From assembly GCA_002189035.1 (NCBI GenBank), contig NEEC01000034.1, forward strand, positions 10,717-74,716: DNA of 64,000 nucleotides, read 5' to 3'. Position numbers and translations under genes: made by a program. Positions 40,840 to 55,800 of this stretch are shown piece after piece; within the stretch, counting starts at the first letter, position 1, and every line of letters begins with the position of its first letter. This DNA is from Utricularia gibba. Lineage: Eukaryota > Plantae > Magnoliophyta. The notes under the pieces were generated by a model, which was not told the origin of the DNA, searched no databases, and saw nothing but the letters and a program-made list of their open reading frames with translations.

Positions 40840-43800
40840 GGCTGCATCCCGAATGGTGATGCGCAATGAAATGACTATGTCGCACATCCTGGTCCACGAA
40901 GCACCTCTTCGAAAACATGTAGAGCCTTACTCTTCATAGCACACCATTGGGAAGCTTTATTCGTGCTCCAAGTAATATCATATGGAGTTACGTTTTTCCG
41001 ATAACTGTGGACATATTAAAAACAACCTCAACGAAAAGTGTCTTCCGTGTCCTTCCTTGGTGGCTGCGTTAAGAATGTGCTTCTCGTTCTCGACATTGAT
41101 GCAAATGGGATACACGGCAAAAGAATCAAATAGCCACTAGAGACATGGTGTATGGGAATGGTGCATCAAGAATCAGAAGTATCATAGCAACTAATTGAAT
41201 CAATCAACAGCCAAAACATATGGTGTCAAACTTCATCGGATATGCGATCAAGATGGAAAAAAGTCACATGTTACATCATGAATTTCGTGGCATCACTTAT
41301 CCCAACACTGTTGTATACTCAGGATATGCGTAAATATTTATTTTTAACAAATCCGGTGCACGTGTGATTTTTCGGCTGCATCCCGAATGGTGATGCGCAA
41401 TGAAATGACTATGTCGCACATCCTGGTCCACGAAGCACCTCTTCGAAAACATGTAGAGCCTTACTCTTCATAGCACACCATTGGGAAGCTTTATTCGTGC
41501 TCCAAGTAATATCATATGGAGTTACGTTTTTCCGATAACTGTGGACATATTAAAAACAACCTCAACGAAAAGTGTCTTCCGTGTCCTTCCTTGGTGGCTG
41601 CGTCTAAGAATGTGCTTCTCGTTCTCGACATTGATGCAAATGGGATACACGGCAAAAGAATCAAATAGCCACTAGAGACATGGTGTATGGGAATGGTGCA
41701 TCAAGAATCAGAAGTATCATAGCAACTAATTGAATCAATCAACAGCCAAAACATATGGTGTCAAACTTCATCGGATATGCGATCAAGATGGAAAAAAGTC
41801 ACATGTTACATCATGAATTTCGTGGCATCACTTATCCCAACACTGTTGTATACTCAGGATATGCGTAAATATTTATTTTTAACAAATCCGGTGCACGTGT
41901 GATTTTTCGGCTGCATCCCGAATGGTGATGCGCAATGAAATGACTATGTCGCACATCCTGGTCCACGAAGCACCTCTTCGAAAACATGTAGAGCCTTACT
42001 CTTCATAGCACACCATTGGGAAGCTTTATTCGTGCTCCAAGTAATATCATATGGAGTTACGTTTTTCCGATAACTGTGGACATATTAAAAACAACCTCAA
42101 CGAAAAGTGTCTTCCGTGTCCTTCCTTGGTGGCTGCGTCTAAGAATGTGCTTCTCGTTCTCGACATTGATGCAAATGGGATACACGGCAAAAGAATCAAA
42201 TAGCCACTAGAGACATGGTGTATGGGAATGGTGCATCAAGAATCAGAAGTATCATAGCAACTAATTGAATCAATCAACAGCCAAAACATATGGTGTCAAA
42301 CTTCATCGGATATGCGATCAAGATGGAAAAAAGTCACATGTTACATCATGAATTTCGTGGCATCACTTATCCCAACACTGTTGTATACTCAGGATATGCG
42401 TAAATATTTATTTTTAACAAATCCGGTGCACGTGTGATTTTTCGGCTGCATCCCGAATGGTGATGCGCAATGAAATGACTATGTCGCACATCCTGGTCCA
42501 CGAAGCACCTCTTCGAAAACATGTAGAGCCTTACTCTTCATAGCACACCATTGGGAAGCTTTATTCGTGCTCCAAGTAATATCATATGGAGTTACGTTTT
42601 TCCGATAACTGTGGACATATTAAAAACAACCTCAACGAAAAGTGTCTTCCGTGTCCTTCCTTGGTGGCTGCGTCTAAGAATGTGCTTCTCGTTCTCGACA
42701 TTGATGCAAATGGGATACACGGCAAAAGAATCAAATAGCCACTAGAGACATGGTGTATGGGAATGGTGCATCAAGAATCAGAAGTATCATAGCAACTAAT
42801 TGAATCAATCAACAGCCAAAACATATGGTGTCAAACTTCATCGGATATGCGATCAAGATGGAAAAAAGTCACATGTTACATCATGAATTTCGTGGCATCA
42901 CTTATCCCAACACTGTTGTATACTCAGGATATGCGTAAATATTTATTTTTAACAAATCCGGTGCACGTGTGATTTTTCGGCTGCATCCCGAATGGTGATG
43001 CGCAATGAAATGACTATGTCGCACATCCTGGTCCACGAAGCACCTCTTCGAAACATGTAGAGCCTTACTCTTCATAGCACACCATTGGGAAGCTTTATTC
43101 GTGCTCCAAGTAATATCATATGGAGTTACGTTTTTCCGATAACTGTGGACATATTAAAAACAACCTCAACGAAAAGTGTCTTCCGTGTCCTTCCTTGGTG
43201 GCTGCGTCTAAGAATGTGCTTCTCGTTCTCGACATTGATGCAAATGGGATACACGGCAAAAGAATCAAATAGCCACTAGAGACATGGTGTATGGGAATGG
43301 TGCATCAAGAATCAGAAGTATCATAGCAACTAATTGAATCAATCAACAGCCAAAACATATGGTGTCAAACTTCATCGGATATGCGATCAAGATGGAAAAA
43401 AGTCACATGTTACATCATGAATTTCGTGGCATCACTTATCCCAACACTGTTGTATACTCAGGATATGCGTAAATATTTATTTTTAACAAATCCGGTGCAC
43501 GTGTGATTTTTCGGCTGCATCCCGAATGGTGATGCGCAATGAAATGACTATGTCGCACATCCTGGTCCACGAAGCACCTCTTCGAAAACATGTAGAGCCT
43601 TACTCTTCATAGCACACCATTGGGAAGCTTTATTCGTGCTCCAAGTAATATCATATGGAGTTACGTTTTTCCGATAACTGTGGACATATTAAAAACAACC
43701 TCAACGAAAAGTGTCTTCGTGTCCTTCCTTGGTGGCTGCGTCTAAGAATGTGCTTCTCGTTCTCGACATTGATGCAAATGGGATACACGGCAAAAGAATC

Positions 43801-46800
43801 AAATAGCCACTAGAGACATGGTGTATGGGAATGGTGCATCAAGAATCAGAAGTATCATAGCAACTAATTGAATCAATCAACAGCCAAAACATATGGTGTC
43901 AAACTTCATCGGATATGCGATCAAGATGGAAAAAAGTCACATGTTACATCATGAATTTCGTGGCATCACTTATCCCACTGTTGTATACTCACGTGTGCAC
44001 GTGTGATTTTTCGGCTGCATCCCGAATGGTGATGCGCAATGAAATGACTATGTCGCACATCCTGGTCCACGAAGCACCTCTTCGATGTAGAGCCTTACTC
44101 TTCATAGCACACCATTGGGAAGCAAGTATCGGATAACTGTGGACATAGTGTCACTTCTCGTTCTCGACATTGATGCTACACGGCAAAAGAATCAAATAGC
44201 CACTAGAGACATGGTGTATGGGAATGGTGCATCAAGAATCAGAAGTATCATAGCAACTAATTGAATCAATCAACAGCCAAAACATATGGTGTCAAACTTC
44301 ATCGGATATGCGATCAAGATGGAAAAAAGTCACATGTTACATCATGAATTTCGTGGCATCACTTATCCCAACACTGTTGTATACTCAGGATATGCGTAAA
44401 TATTTATTTTTAACAAATCCGGTGCACGTGTGATTTTTCGGCTGCATCCCGAATGGTGATGCGCAATGAAATGACTATGTCGCACATCCTGGTCCACGAA
44501 GCACCTCTTCGAAAACATGTAGAGCCTTACTCTTCATAGCACACCATTGGGAAGCTTTATTCGTGCTCCAAGTAATATCATATGGAGTTACGTTTTTCCG
44601 ATAACTGTGGACATATTAAAAACAACCTCAACGAAAAGTGTCTTCCGTGTCCTTCCTTGGTGGCTGCGTTAAAATGTGCTTCTCGTTCTCGACATTGATG
44701 CAAATGGGATACACGGCAAAAGAATCAAATAGCCACTAGAGACATGGTGTATGGGAATGGTGCATCAAGAATCAGAAGTATCATAGCAACTAATTGAATC
44801 AATCAACAGCCAAAACATATGGTGTCAAACTTCATCGGATATGCGATCAAGATGGAAAAAAGTCACATGTTACATCATGAATTTCGTGGCATCACTTATC
44901 CCAACACTGTTGTATACTCAGGATATGCGTAAATATTTATTTTTAACAAATCCGGTGCACGTGTGATTTTTCGGCTGCATCCCGAATGGTGATGCGCAAT
45001 GAAATGACTATGTCGCACATCCTGGTCCACGAAGCACCTCTTCGAAAACATGTAGAGCCTTACTCTTCATAGCACACCATTGGGAAGCTTTATTCGTGCT
45101 CCAAGTAATATCATATGGAGTTACGTTTTTCCGATAACTGTGGACATATTAAAAACAACCTCAACGAAAAGTGTCTTCCGTGTCCTTCCTTGGTGGCTGC
45201 GTCTAAGAATGTGCTTCTCGTTCTCGACATTGATGCAAATGGGATACACGGCAAAAGAATCAAATAGCCACTAGAGACATGGTGTATGGGAATGGTGCAT
45301 CAAGAATCAGAAGTATCATAGCAACTAATTGAATCAATCAACAGCCAAAACATATGGTGTCAAACTTCATCGGATATGCGATCAAGATGGAAAAAAGTCA
45401 CATGTTACATCATGAATTTCGTGGCATCACTTATCCCAACACTGTTGTATACTCAGGATATGCGTAAATATTTATTTTTAACAAATCCGGTGCACGTGTG
45501 ATTTTTCGGCTGCATCCCGAATGGTGATGCGCAATGAAATGACTATGTCGCACATCCTGGTCCACGAAGCACCTCTTCGAAAACATGTAGAGCCTTACTC
45601 TTCATAGCACACCATTGGGAAGCTTTATTCGTGCTCCAAGTAATATCATATGGAGTTACGTTTTTCCGATAACTGTGGACATATTAAAAACAACCTCAAC
45701 GAAAAGTGTCTTCCCTTCCTTGGTGGCTGCGTCTAATAATGTGCTTCTCGTTCTCGACATTGATGCAAATGGGATACACGGCAAAAGAATCAAATAGCCA
45801 CTAGAGACATGGTGTATGGGAATGGTGCATCAAGAATCAGAAGTATCATAGCAACTAATTGAATCAATCAACAGCCAAAACATATGGTGTCAAACTTCAT
45901 CGGATATGCGATCAAGATGGAAAAAAGTCACATGTTACATCATGAATTTCGTGGCATCACTTATCCCAACACTGTTGTATACTCAGGATATGCGTAAATA
46001 TTTATTTTTAACAAATCCGGTGCACGTGTGATTTTTCGGCTGCATCCCGAATGGTGATGCGCAATGAAATGACTATGTCGCACATCCTGGTCCACGAAGC
46101 ACCTCTTCGAAACATGTAGAGCCTTACTCTTCATAGCACACCATTGGGAAGCTTTATTCGTGCTCCAAGTAATATCATATGGAGTTACGTTTTTCCGATA
46201 ACTGTGGACATATTAAAAACAACGTCTTCCGTGTCCTTCCTTGGTGGCTGCGTCTAAGAATGTGCTTCTCGTTCTCGACATTGATGCAAATGGGATACAC
46301 GGCAAAAGAATCAAATAGCCACTAGAGACATGGTGTATGGGAATGGTGCATCAAGAATCAGAAGTATCATAGCAACTAATTGAATCAATCAACAGCCAAA
46401 ACATATGGTGTCAAACTTCATCGGATATGCGATCAAGATGGAAAAAAGTCACATGTTACATCATGAATTTCGTGGCATCACTTATCCCAACACTGTTGTA
46501 TACTCAGGATATGCGTAAATATTTATTTTTAACAAATCCGGTGCACGTGTGATTTTTCGGCTGCATCCCGAATGGTGATGCGCAATGAAATGACTATGTC
46601 GCACATCCTGGTCCACGAAGCACCTCTTCGAAACATGTAGAGCCTTACTCTTCATAGCACACCATTGGGAAGCTTTATTCGTGCTCAAGTAATATCATAT
46701 GGAGTTACGTTTTCCGATAACTGTGGACATATTAAAAACAACCTCAACGAAAAGTGTCTTCCGTGTCCTTCCTTGGTGGCTGCGTCTAAGAATGTGCTTC

Positions 46801-49800
46801 TCGTTCTCGACATTGATGCAAATGGGATACACGGCAAAAGAATCAAATAGCCACTAGAGACATGGTGTATGGGAATGGTGCATCAAGAATCAGAAGTATC
46901 ATAGCAACTAATTGAATCAATCAACAGCCAAAACATATGGTGTCAAACTTCATCGGATATGCGATCAAGATGGAAAAAAGTCACATGTTACATCATGAAT
47001 TTCGTGGCATCACTTATCCCAACACTGTTGTATACTCAGGATATGCGTAAATATTTATTTTTAACAAATCCGGTGCACGTGTGATTTTTCGGCTGCATCC
47101 CGAATGGTGATGCGCAATGAAATGACTATGTCGCACATCCTGGTCCACGAAGCACCTCTTCGAAAACATGTAGAGCCTTGGGGAAGCTTTATTCGTGCTC
47201 CAAGTAATATCATATGGAGTTACGTTTTCCGATAACTGTGGACATATTAAAAACAACCTCAACGAAAAGTGTCTTCCGTGTCCTTCCTTGGTGGCTGCGT
47301 CTAAGAATGTGCTTCTCGTTCTCGACATTGATGCAAATGGGATACACGGCAAAAGAATCAAATAGCCACTAGAGACATGGTGTATGGGAATGGTGCATCA
47401 AGAATCAGAAGTATCATAGCAACTAATTGAATCAATCAACAGCCAAAACATATGGTGTCAAACTTCATCGGATATGCGATCAAGATGGAAAAAAGTCACA
47501 TGTTACATCATGAATTTCGTGGCATCACTTATCCCAACACTGTTGTATACTCAGGATATGCGTAAATATTTATTTTTAACAAATCCGGTGCACGTGTGAT
47601 TTTTCGGCTGCATCCCGAATGGTGATGCGCAATGAAATGACTATGTCGCACATCCTGGTCCACGAAGCACCTCTTCGAAAACATGTAGAGCCTTACTCTT
47701 CATAGCACACCATTGGGAAGCTTTATTCGTGCTCCAAGTAATATCATATGGAGTTACGTTTTTCCGATAACTGTGGACATATTAAAAACAACCTCAACGA
47801 AAAGTGTCTTCCGTGTCCTTCCTTGGTGGCTGCGTCTAAGAATGTGCTTCTCGTTCTCGACATTGATGCAAATGGGATACACGGCAAAAGAATCAAATAG
47901 CCACTAGAGACATGGTGTATGGGAATGGTGCATCAAGAATCAGAAGTATCATAGCAACTAATTGAATCAATCAACAGCCAAAACATATGGTGTCAAACTT
48001 CATCGGATATGCGATCAAGATGGAAAAAAGTCACATGTTACATCATGAATTTCGTGGCATCACTTATCCCAACACTGTTGTATACTCAGGATATGCGTAA
48101 ATATTTATTTTTAACAAATCCGGTGCACGTGTGATTTTTCGGCTGCATCCCGAATGGTGATGCGCAATGAAATGACTATGTCGCACATCCTGGTCCACGA
48201 AGCACCTCTTCGAAAACATGTAGAGCCTTACTCTTCATAGCACACCATTGGGAAGCTTTATTCGTGCTCCAAGTAATATCATATGGAGTTACGTTTTTCC
48301 GATAACTGTGGACATATTAAAAACAACCTCAACGAAAAGTGTCTTCCGTGTCCTTCCTTGGTGGCTGCGTCTAAGAATGTGCTTCTCGTTCTCGACATTG
48401 ATGCAAATGGGATACACGGCAAAAGAATCAAATAGCCACTAGAGACATGGTGTATGGGAATGGTGCATCAAGAATCAGAAGTATCATAGCAACTAATTGA
48501 ATCAATCAACAGCCAAAACATATGGTGTCAAACTTCATCGGATATGCGATCAAGATGGAAAAAAGTCACATGTTACATCATGAATTTCGTGGCATCACTT
48601 ATCCCAACACTGTTGTATACTCAGGATATGCGTAAATATTTATTTTTAACAAATCCGGTGCACGTGTGATTTTTCGGCTGCATCCCGAATGGTGATGCGC
48701 AATGAAATGACTATGTCGCACATCCTGGTCCACGAAGCACCTCTTCGAAAACATGTAGAGCCTTACTCTTCATAGCACACCATTGGGAAGCTTTATTCGT
48801 GCTCCAAGTAATATCATATGGAGTTACGTTTTTCCGATAACTGTGGACATATTAAAAACAACCTCAACGAAAAGTGTCTTCCGTGTCCTTCCTTGGTGGC
48901 TGCGTCTAAGAATGTGCTTCTCGTTCTCGACATTGATGCAAATGGGATACACGGCAAAAGAATCAAATAGCCACTAGAGACATGGTGTATGGGAATGGTG
49001 CATCAAGAATCAGAAGTATCATAGCAACTAATTGAATCAATCAACAGCCAAAACATATGGTGTCAAACTTCATCGGATATGCGATCAAGATGGAAAAAAG
49101 TCACATGTTACATCATGAATTTCGTGGCATCACTTATCCCAACACTGTTGTATACTCAGGATATGCGTAAATATTTATTTTTAACAAATCCGGTGCACGT
49201 GTGATTTTTCGGCTGCATCCCGAATGGTGATGCGCAATGAAATGACTATGTCGCACATCCTGGTCCACGAAGCACCTCTTCGAAAACATGTAGAGCCTTA
49301 CTCTTCATAGCACACCATTGGGAAGCTTTATTCGTGCTCCAAGTAATATCATATGGAGTTACGTTTTTCCGATAACTGTGGACATATTAAAAACAACCTC
49401 AACGAAAAGTGTCTTCCGTGTCCTTCCTTGGTGGCTGCGTCTAAGAATGTGCTTCTCGTTCTCGACATTGATGCAAATGGGATACACGGCAAAAGAATCA
49501 AATAGCCACTAGAGACATGGTGTATGGGAATGGTGCATCAAGAATCAGAAGTATCATAGCAACTAATTGAATCAATCAACAGCCAAAACATATGGTGTCA
49601 AACTTCATCGGATATGCGATCAAGATGGAAAAAAGTCACATGTTACATCATGAATTTCGTGGCATCACTTATCCCAACACTGTTGTATACTCAGGATATG
49701 CGTAAATATTTATTTTTAACAAATCCGGTGCACGTGTGATTTTTCGGCTGCATCCCGAATGGTGATGCGCAATGAAATGACTATGTCGCACATCCTGGTC

Positions 49801-52800
49801 CACGAAGCACCTCTTCGAAAACATGTAGAGCCTTACTCTTCATAGCACACCATTGGGAAGCTTTATTCGTGCTCCAAGTAATATCATATGGAGTTACGTT
49901 TTTCCGATAACTGTGGACATATTAAAAACAACCTCAACGAAAAGTGTCTTCCGTGTCCTTCCTTGGTGGCTGCGTCTAAGAATGTGCTTCTCGTTCTCGA
50001 CATTGATGCAAATGGGATACACGGCAAAAGAATCAAATAGCCACTAGAGACATGGTGTATGGGAATGGTGCATCAAGAATCAGAAGTATCATAGCAACTA
50101 ATTGAATCAATCAACAGCCAAAACATATGGTGTCAAACTTCATCGATATGCGATCAAGATGGAAAAAAGTCACATGTTACATCATGAATTTCGTGGCATC
50201 ACTTATCCCAACACTGTTGTATACTCAGGATATGCGTAAATATTTATTTTTAACAAATCCGGTGCACGTGTGATTTTTCGGCTGCAAATGGTGATGCGCA
50301 ATGAAATGACTATGTCGCACATCCTGGTCCACGAAGCACCTCTTCGATGTAGAGCCTTACTCTTCATAGCACACCATTGGGAAGCTTTATTCGTGCTCCA
50401 AGTAATATCATATGGAGTTACATAACTGTGGAGAAAAGTGATGCAAATGGGATACACGGCAAAAGAATCAAATAGCCACTAGAGACATGGTGTATGGGAA
50501 TGGTGCATCAAGAATCAGAAGTATCATAGCAACTAATTGAATCAATCAACAGCCAAAACATATGGTGTCAAACTTCATCGGATATGCGATCAAGATGGAA
50601 AAAAGTCACATGTTACATCATGAATTTCGTGGCATCACTTATCCCAACACTGTTGTATACTCAGGATATGCGTAAATATTTATTTTTAACAAATCCGGTG
50701 CACGTGTGATTTTTCGGCTGCATCCCGAATGGTGATGCGCAATGAAATGACTATGTCGCACATCCTGGTCCACGAAGCACCTCTTCGAAAACATGTAGAG
50801 CCTTACTCTTCATAGCACACCATTGGGAAGCTTTATTCGTGCTCCAAGTAATATCATATGGAGTTACGTTTTTCCGATAACTGTGGACATATTAAAAACA
50901 ACCTCAACGAAAAGTGTCTTCCGTGTCCTTCCTTGGTGGCTGCGTCTAAGAATGTGCTTCTCGTTCTCGACATTGATGCAAATGGGATACACGGCAAAAG
51001 AATCAAATAGCCACTAGAGACATGGTGTATGGGAATGGTGCATCAAGAATCAGAAGTATCATAGCAACTAATTGAATCAATCAACAGCCAAAACATATGG
51101 TGTCAAACTTCATCGGATATGCGATCAAGATGGAAAAAAGTCACATGTTACATCATGAATTTCGTGGCATCACTTATCCCAACACTGTTGTATACTCAGG
51201 ATATGCGTAAATATTTATTTTTAACAAATCCGGTGCACGTGTGATTTTTCGGCTGCATCCCGAATGGTGATGCGCAATGAAATGACTATGTCGCACATCC
51301 TGGTCCACGAAGCACCTCTTCGAAAACATGTAGAGCCTTACTCTTCATAGCACACCATTGGGAAGCTTTATTCGTGCTCCAAGTAATATCATATGGAGTT
51401 ACGTTTTTCCGATAACTGTGGACATATTAAAAACAACCTCAACGAAAAGTGTCTTCCGTGTCCTTCCTTGGTGGCTGCGTCTAAGAATGTGCTTCTCGTT
51501 CTCGACATTGATGCAAATGGGATACACGGCAAAAGAATCAAATAGCCACTAGAGACATGGTGTATGGGAATGGTGCATCAAGAATCAGAAGTATCATAGC
51601 AACTAATTGAATCAATCAACAGCCAAAACATATGGTGTCAAACTTCATCGGATATGCGATCAAGATGGAAAAAAGTCACATGTTACATCATGAATTTCGT
51701 GGCATCACTTATCCCAACACTGTTGTATACTCAGGATATGCGTAAATATTTATTTTTAACAAATCCGGTGCACGTGTGATTTTTCGGCTGCATCCCGAAT
51801 GGTGATGCGCAATGAAATGACTATGTCGCACATCCTGGTCCACGAAGCACCTCTTCGAAAACATGTAGAGCCTTACTCTTCATAGCACACCATTGGGAAG
51901 CTTTATTCGTGCTCCAAGTAATATCATATGGAGTTACGTTTTCCGATAACTGTGGACATATTAAAAACAACCTCAACGAAAAGTGTCTTCCGTGTCCTTC
52001 CTTGGTGGCTGCGTCTAAGAATGTGCTTCTCGTTCTCGACATTGATGCAAATGGGATACACGGCAAAAGAATCAAATAGCCACTAGAGACATGGTGTATG
52101 GGAATGGTGCATCAAGAATCAGAAGTATCATAGCAACTAATTGAATCAATCAACAGCCAAAACATATGGTGTCAAACTTCATCGGATATGCGATCAAGAT
52201 GGAAAAAAGTCACATGTTACATCATGAATTTCGTGGCATCACTTATCCCAACACTGTTGTATACTCAGGATATGCGTAAATATTTATTTTTAACAAATCC
52301 GGTGCACGTGTGATTTTTCGGCTGCATCCCGAATGGTGATGCGCAATGAAATGACTATGTCGCACATCCTGGTCCACGAAGCACCTCTTCGAAACATGTA
52401 GAGCCTTACTCTTCATAGCACACCATTGGGAAGCTTTATTCGTGCTCCAAGTAATATCATATGGAGTTACGTTTTTCCGATAACTGTGGACATATTAAAA
52501 ACAACCTCAACGAAAAGTGTCTTCCGTGTCCTTCCTTGGTGGCTGCGTCTAAGAATGTGCTTCTCGTTCTCGACATTGATGCAAATGGGATACACGGCAA
52601 AAGAATCAAATAGCCACTAGAGACATGGTGTATGGGAATGGTGCATCAAGAATCAGAAGTATCATAGCAACTAATTGAATCAATCAACAGCCAAAACATA
52701 TGGTGTCAAACTTCATCGGATATGCGATCAAGATGGAAAAAAGTCACATGTTACATCATGAATTTCGTGGCATCACTTATCCCAACACTGTTGTATACTC

Positions 52801-55800
52801 AGGATATGCGTAAATATTTATTTTTAACAAATCCGGTGCACGTGTGATTTTTCGGCTGCATCCCGAATGGTGATGCGCAATGAAATGACTATGTCGCACA
52901 TCCTGGTCCACGAAGCACCTCTTCGAAAATGTAGAGCCTTACTCTTCATAGCACACCATTGGGAAGCTTTATTCGTGCTCCAAGTAATATCATATGGAGT
53001 TACGTTTTTCCGATAACTGTGGACATATTAAAAACAACCTCAACGAAAAGTGTCTTCCGTGTCCTTCCTTGGTGGCTGCGTCTAAGAGATGCCTCGTTCT
53101 CAAGACAGAAATGTGTCAATTCCGTGTCCAACTTCAAAATATTGATGCAAATGGGATACACGGCAAAAGAATCAAATAGCCACTAGAGACATGGTGTATG
53201 GGAATGGTGCATCAAGAATCAGAAGTATCATAGCAACTAATTGAATCAATCAACAGCCAAAACATATGGTGTCAAACTTCATCGGATATGCGATCAAGAT
53301 GGAAAAAAGTCACATGTTACATCATGAATTTCGTGGCATCACTTATCCCAACACTGTTGTATACTCAGGATATGCGTAAATATTTATTTTTAACAAATCC
53401 GGTGCACGTGTGATTTTTCGGCTGCATCCCGAATGGTGATGCGCAATGAAATGACTATGTCGCACATCCTGGTCCACGAAGCACCTCTTCGAAAATGTAG
53501 AGCCTTACTCTTCATAGCACACCATTGGGAAGCTTTATTCGTGCTCCAAGTAATATCATATGGAGTTACGTTTTTCCGATAACTGTGGACATATTAAAAA
53601 CAACCTCAACGAAAAGTGTCTTCCGTGTCCTTCCTTGGTGGCTGCGTCTAAGAATGTGCTTCTCGTTCTCGACATTGATGCAAATGGGATACACGGCAAA
53701 AGAATCAAATAGCCACTAGAGACATGGTGTATGGGGTGCATCATCAGAAGTGCAACTCAAGCCAAAACATATGGTGTCAGGATATGCGATTGGAAAAAAG
53801 TCACATGGAATTTCATCACTTAAACAATACTCAGGATATGCGTAAATACAAATCCGGTGCACGTGTGATTTTTCGGCTGCAAATCCTGGTCCACGAAGCA
53901 CCTCTTCGTGTAGAGCCTTACTCTTCATAGCACACCATTGGGAAGCTTTATTCGTGCTCCAAGTAATATCATATGGAGTTACGTTTTCCGATAACTGTGG
54001 ACATATGAAAAGTGTCGTGTCCTAATAATGTGCTTCTCGTTCTCGACATTGATGCAAATGGGATACACGGCAAAAGAATCAAATAGCCACTAGAGACATG
54101 GTGTATGGGAATGGTGCATCAAGAATCAGAAGTATCATAGCAACTAATTGAATCAATCAACAGCCAAAACATATGGTGTCAAACTTCATCGGATATGCGA
54201 TCAAGATGGAAAAAAGTCACATGTTACATCATGAATTCGTGGCATCACTTATCCCAACACTGTTGTATACTCAGGATATGCGTAAATATTTATTTTTAAC
54301 AAATCCGGTGCACGTGTGATTTTTCGGCTGCATCCCGAATGGTGATGCGCAATGAAATGACTATGTCGCACATCCTGGTCCACGAAGCACCTCTTCGAAA
54401 ACATGTAGAGCCTTACTCTTCATAGCACACCATTGGGAAGCTTTATTCGTGCTCCAAGTAATATCATATGGAGTTACGTTTTTCCGATAACTGTGGACAT
54501 ATTAAAAACAACCTCAACGAAAAGTGTCTTCCGTGTCCTTCCTTGGTGGCTGCGTCTAAGAATGTGCTTCTCGTTCTCGACATTGATGCAAATGGGATAC
54601 ACGGCAAAAGAATCAAATAGCCACTAGAGACATGGTGTATGGGAATGGTGCATCAAGAATCAGAAGTATCATAGCAACTAATTGAATCAATCAACAGCCA
54701 AAACATATGGTGTCAAACTTCATCGGATATGCGATCAAGATGGAAAAAAGTCACATGTTACATCATGAATTTCGTGGCATCACTTATCCCAACACTGTTG
54801 TATACTCAGGATATGCGTAAATATTTATTTTTAACAAATCCGGTGCACGTGTGATTTTTCGGCTGCATCCCGAATGGTGATGCGCAATGAAATGACTATG
54901 TCGCACATCCTGGTCCACGAAGCACCTCTTCGAAAACATGTAGAGCCTTACTCTTCATAGCACACCATTGGGAAGCTTTATTCGTGCTCAAGTAATATCA
55001 TATGGAGTTACGTTTTTCCGATAACTGTGGACATATTAAAAACAACCTCAACGAAAAGTGTCTTCCGTGTCCTTCCTTGGTGGCTGCGTCTAAGAATGTG
55101 CTTCTCGTTCTCGACATTGATGCAAATGGGATACACGGCAAAAGAATCAAATAGCCACTAGAGACATGGTGTATGGGAATGGTGCATCAAGAATCAGAAG
55201 TATCATAGCAACTAATTGAATCAATCAACAGCCAAAACATATGGTGTCAAACTTCATCGGATATGCGATCAAGATGGAAAAAAGTCACATGTTACATCAT
55301 GAATTTCGTGGCATCACTTATCCCAACACTGTTGTATACTCAGGATATGCGTAAATATTTATTTTTAACAAATCCGGTGCACGTGTGATTTTTCGGCTGC
55401 ATCCCGAATGGTGATGCGCAATGAAATGACTATGTCGCACATCCTGGTCCACGAAGCACCTCTTCGAAAACATGTAGAGCCTTACTCTTCATAGCACACC
55501 ATTGGGAAGCTTTATTCGTGCTCCAAGTAATATCATATGGAGTTACGTTTTTCCGATAACTGTGGACATATTAAAAACAACCTCAACGAAAAGTGTCTTC
55601 CGTGTCCTTCCTTGGTGGCTGCGTTTAAGAATGTGCTTCTCGTTCTCGACATTGATGCAAATGGGATACACGGCAAAAGAATCAAATAGCCACTAGAGAC
55701 ATGGTGTATGGGAATGGTGCATCAAGAATCAGAAGTATCATAGCAACTAATTGAATCAATCAACAGCCAAAACATATGGTGTCAAACTTCATCGGATATG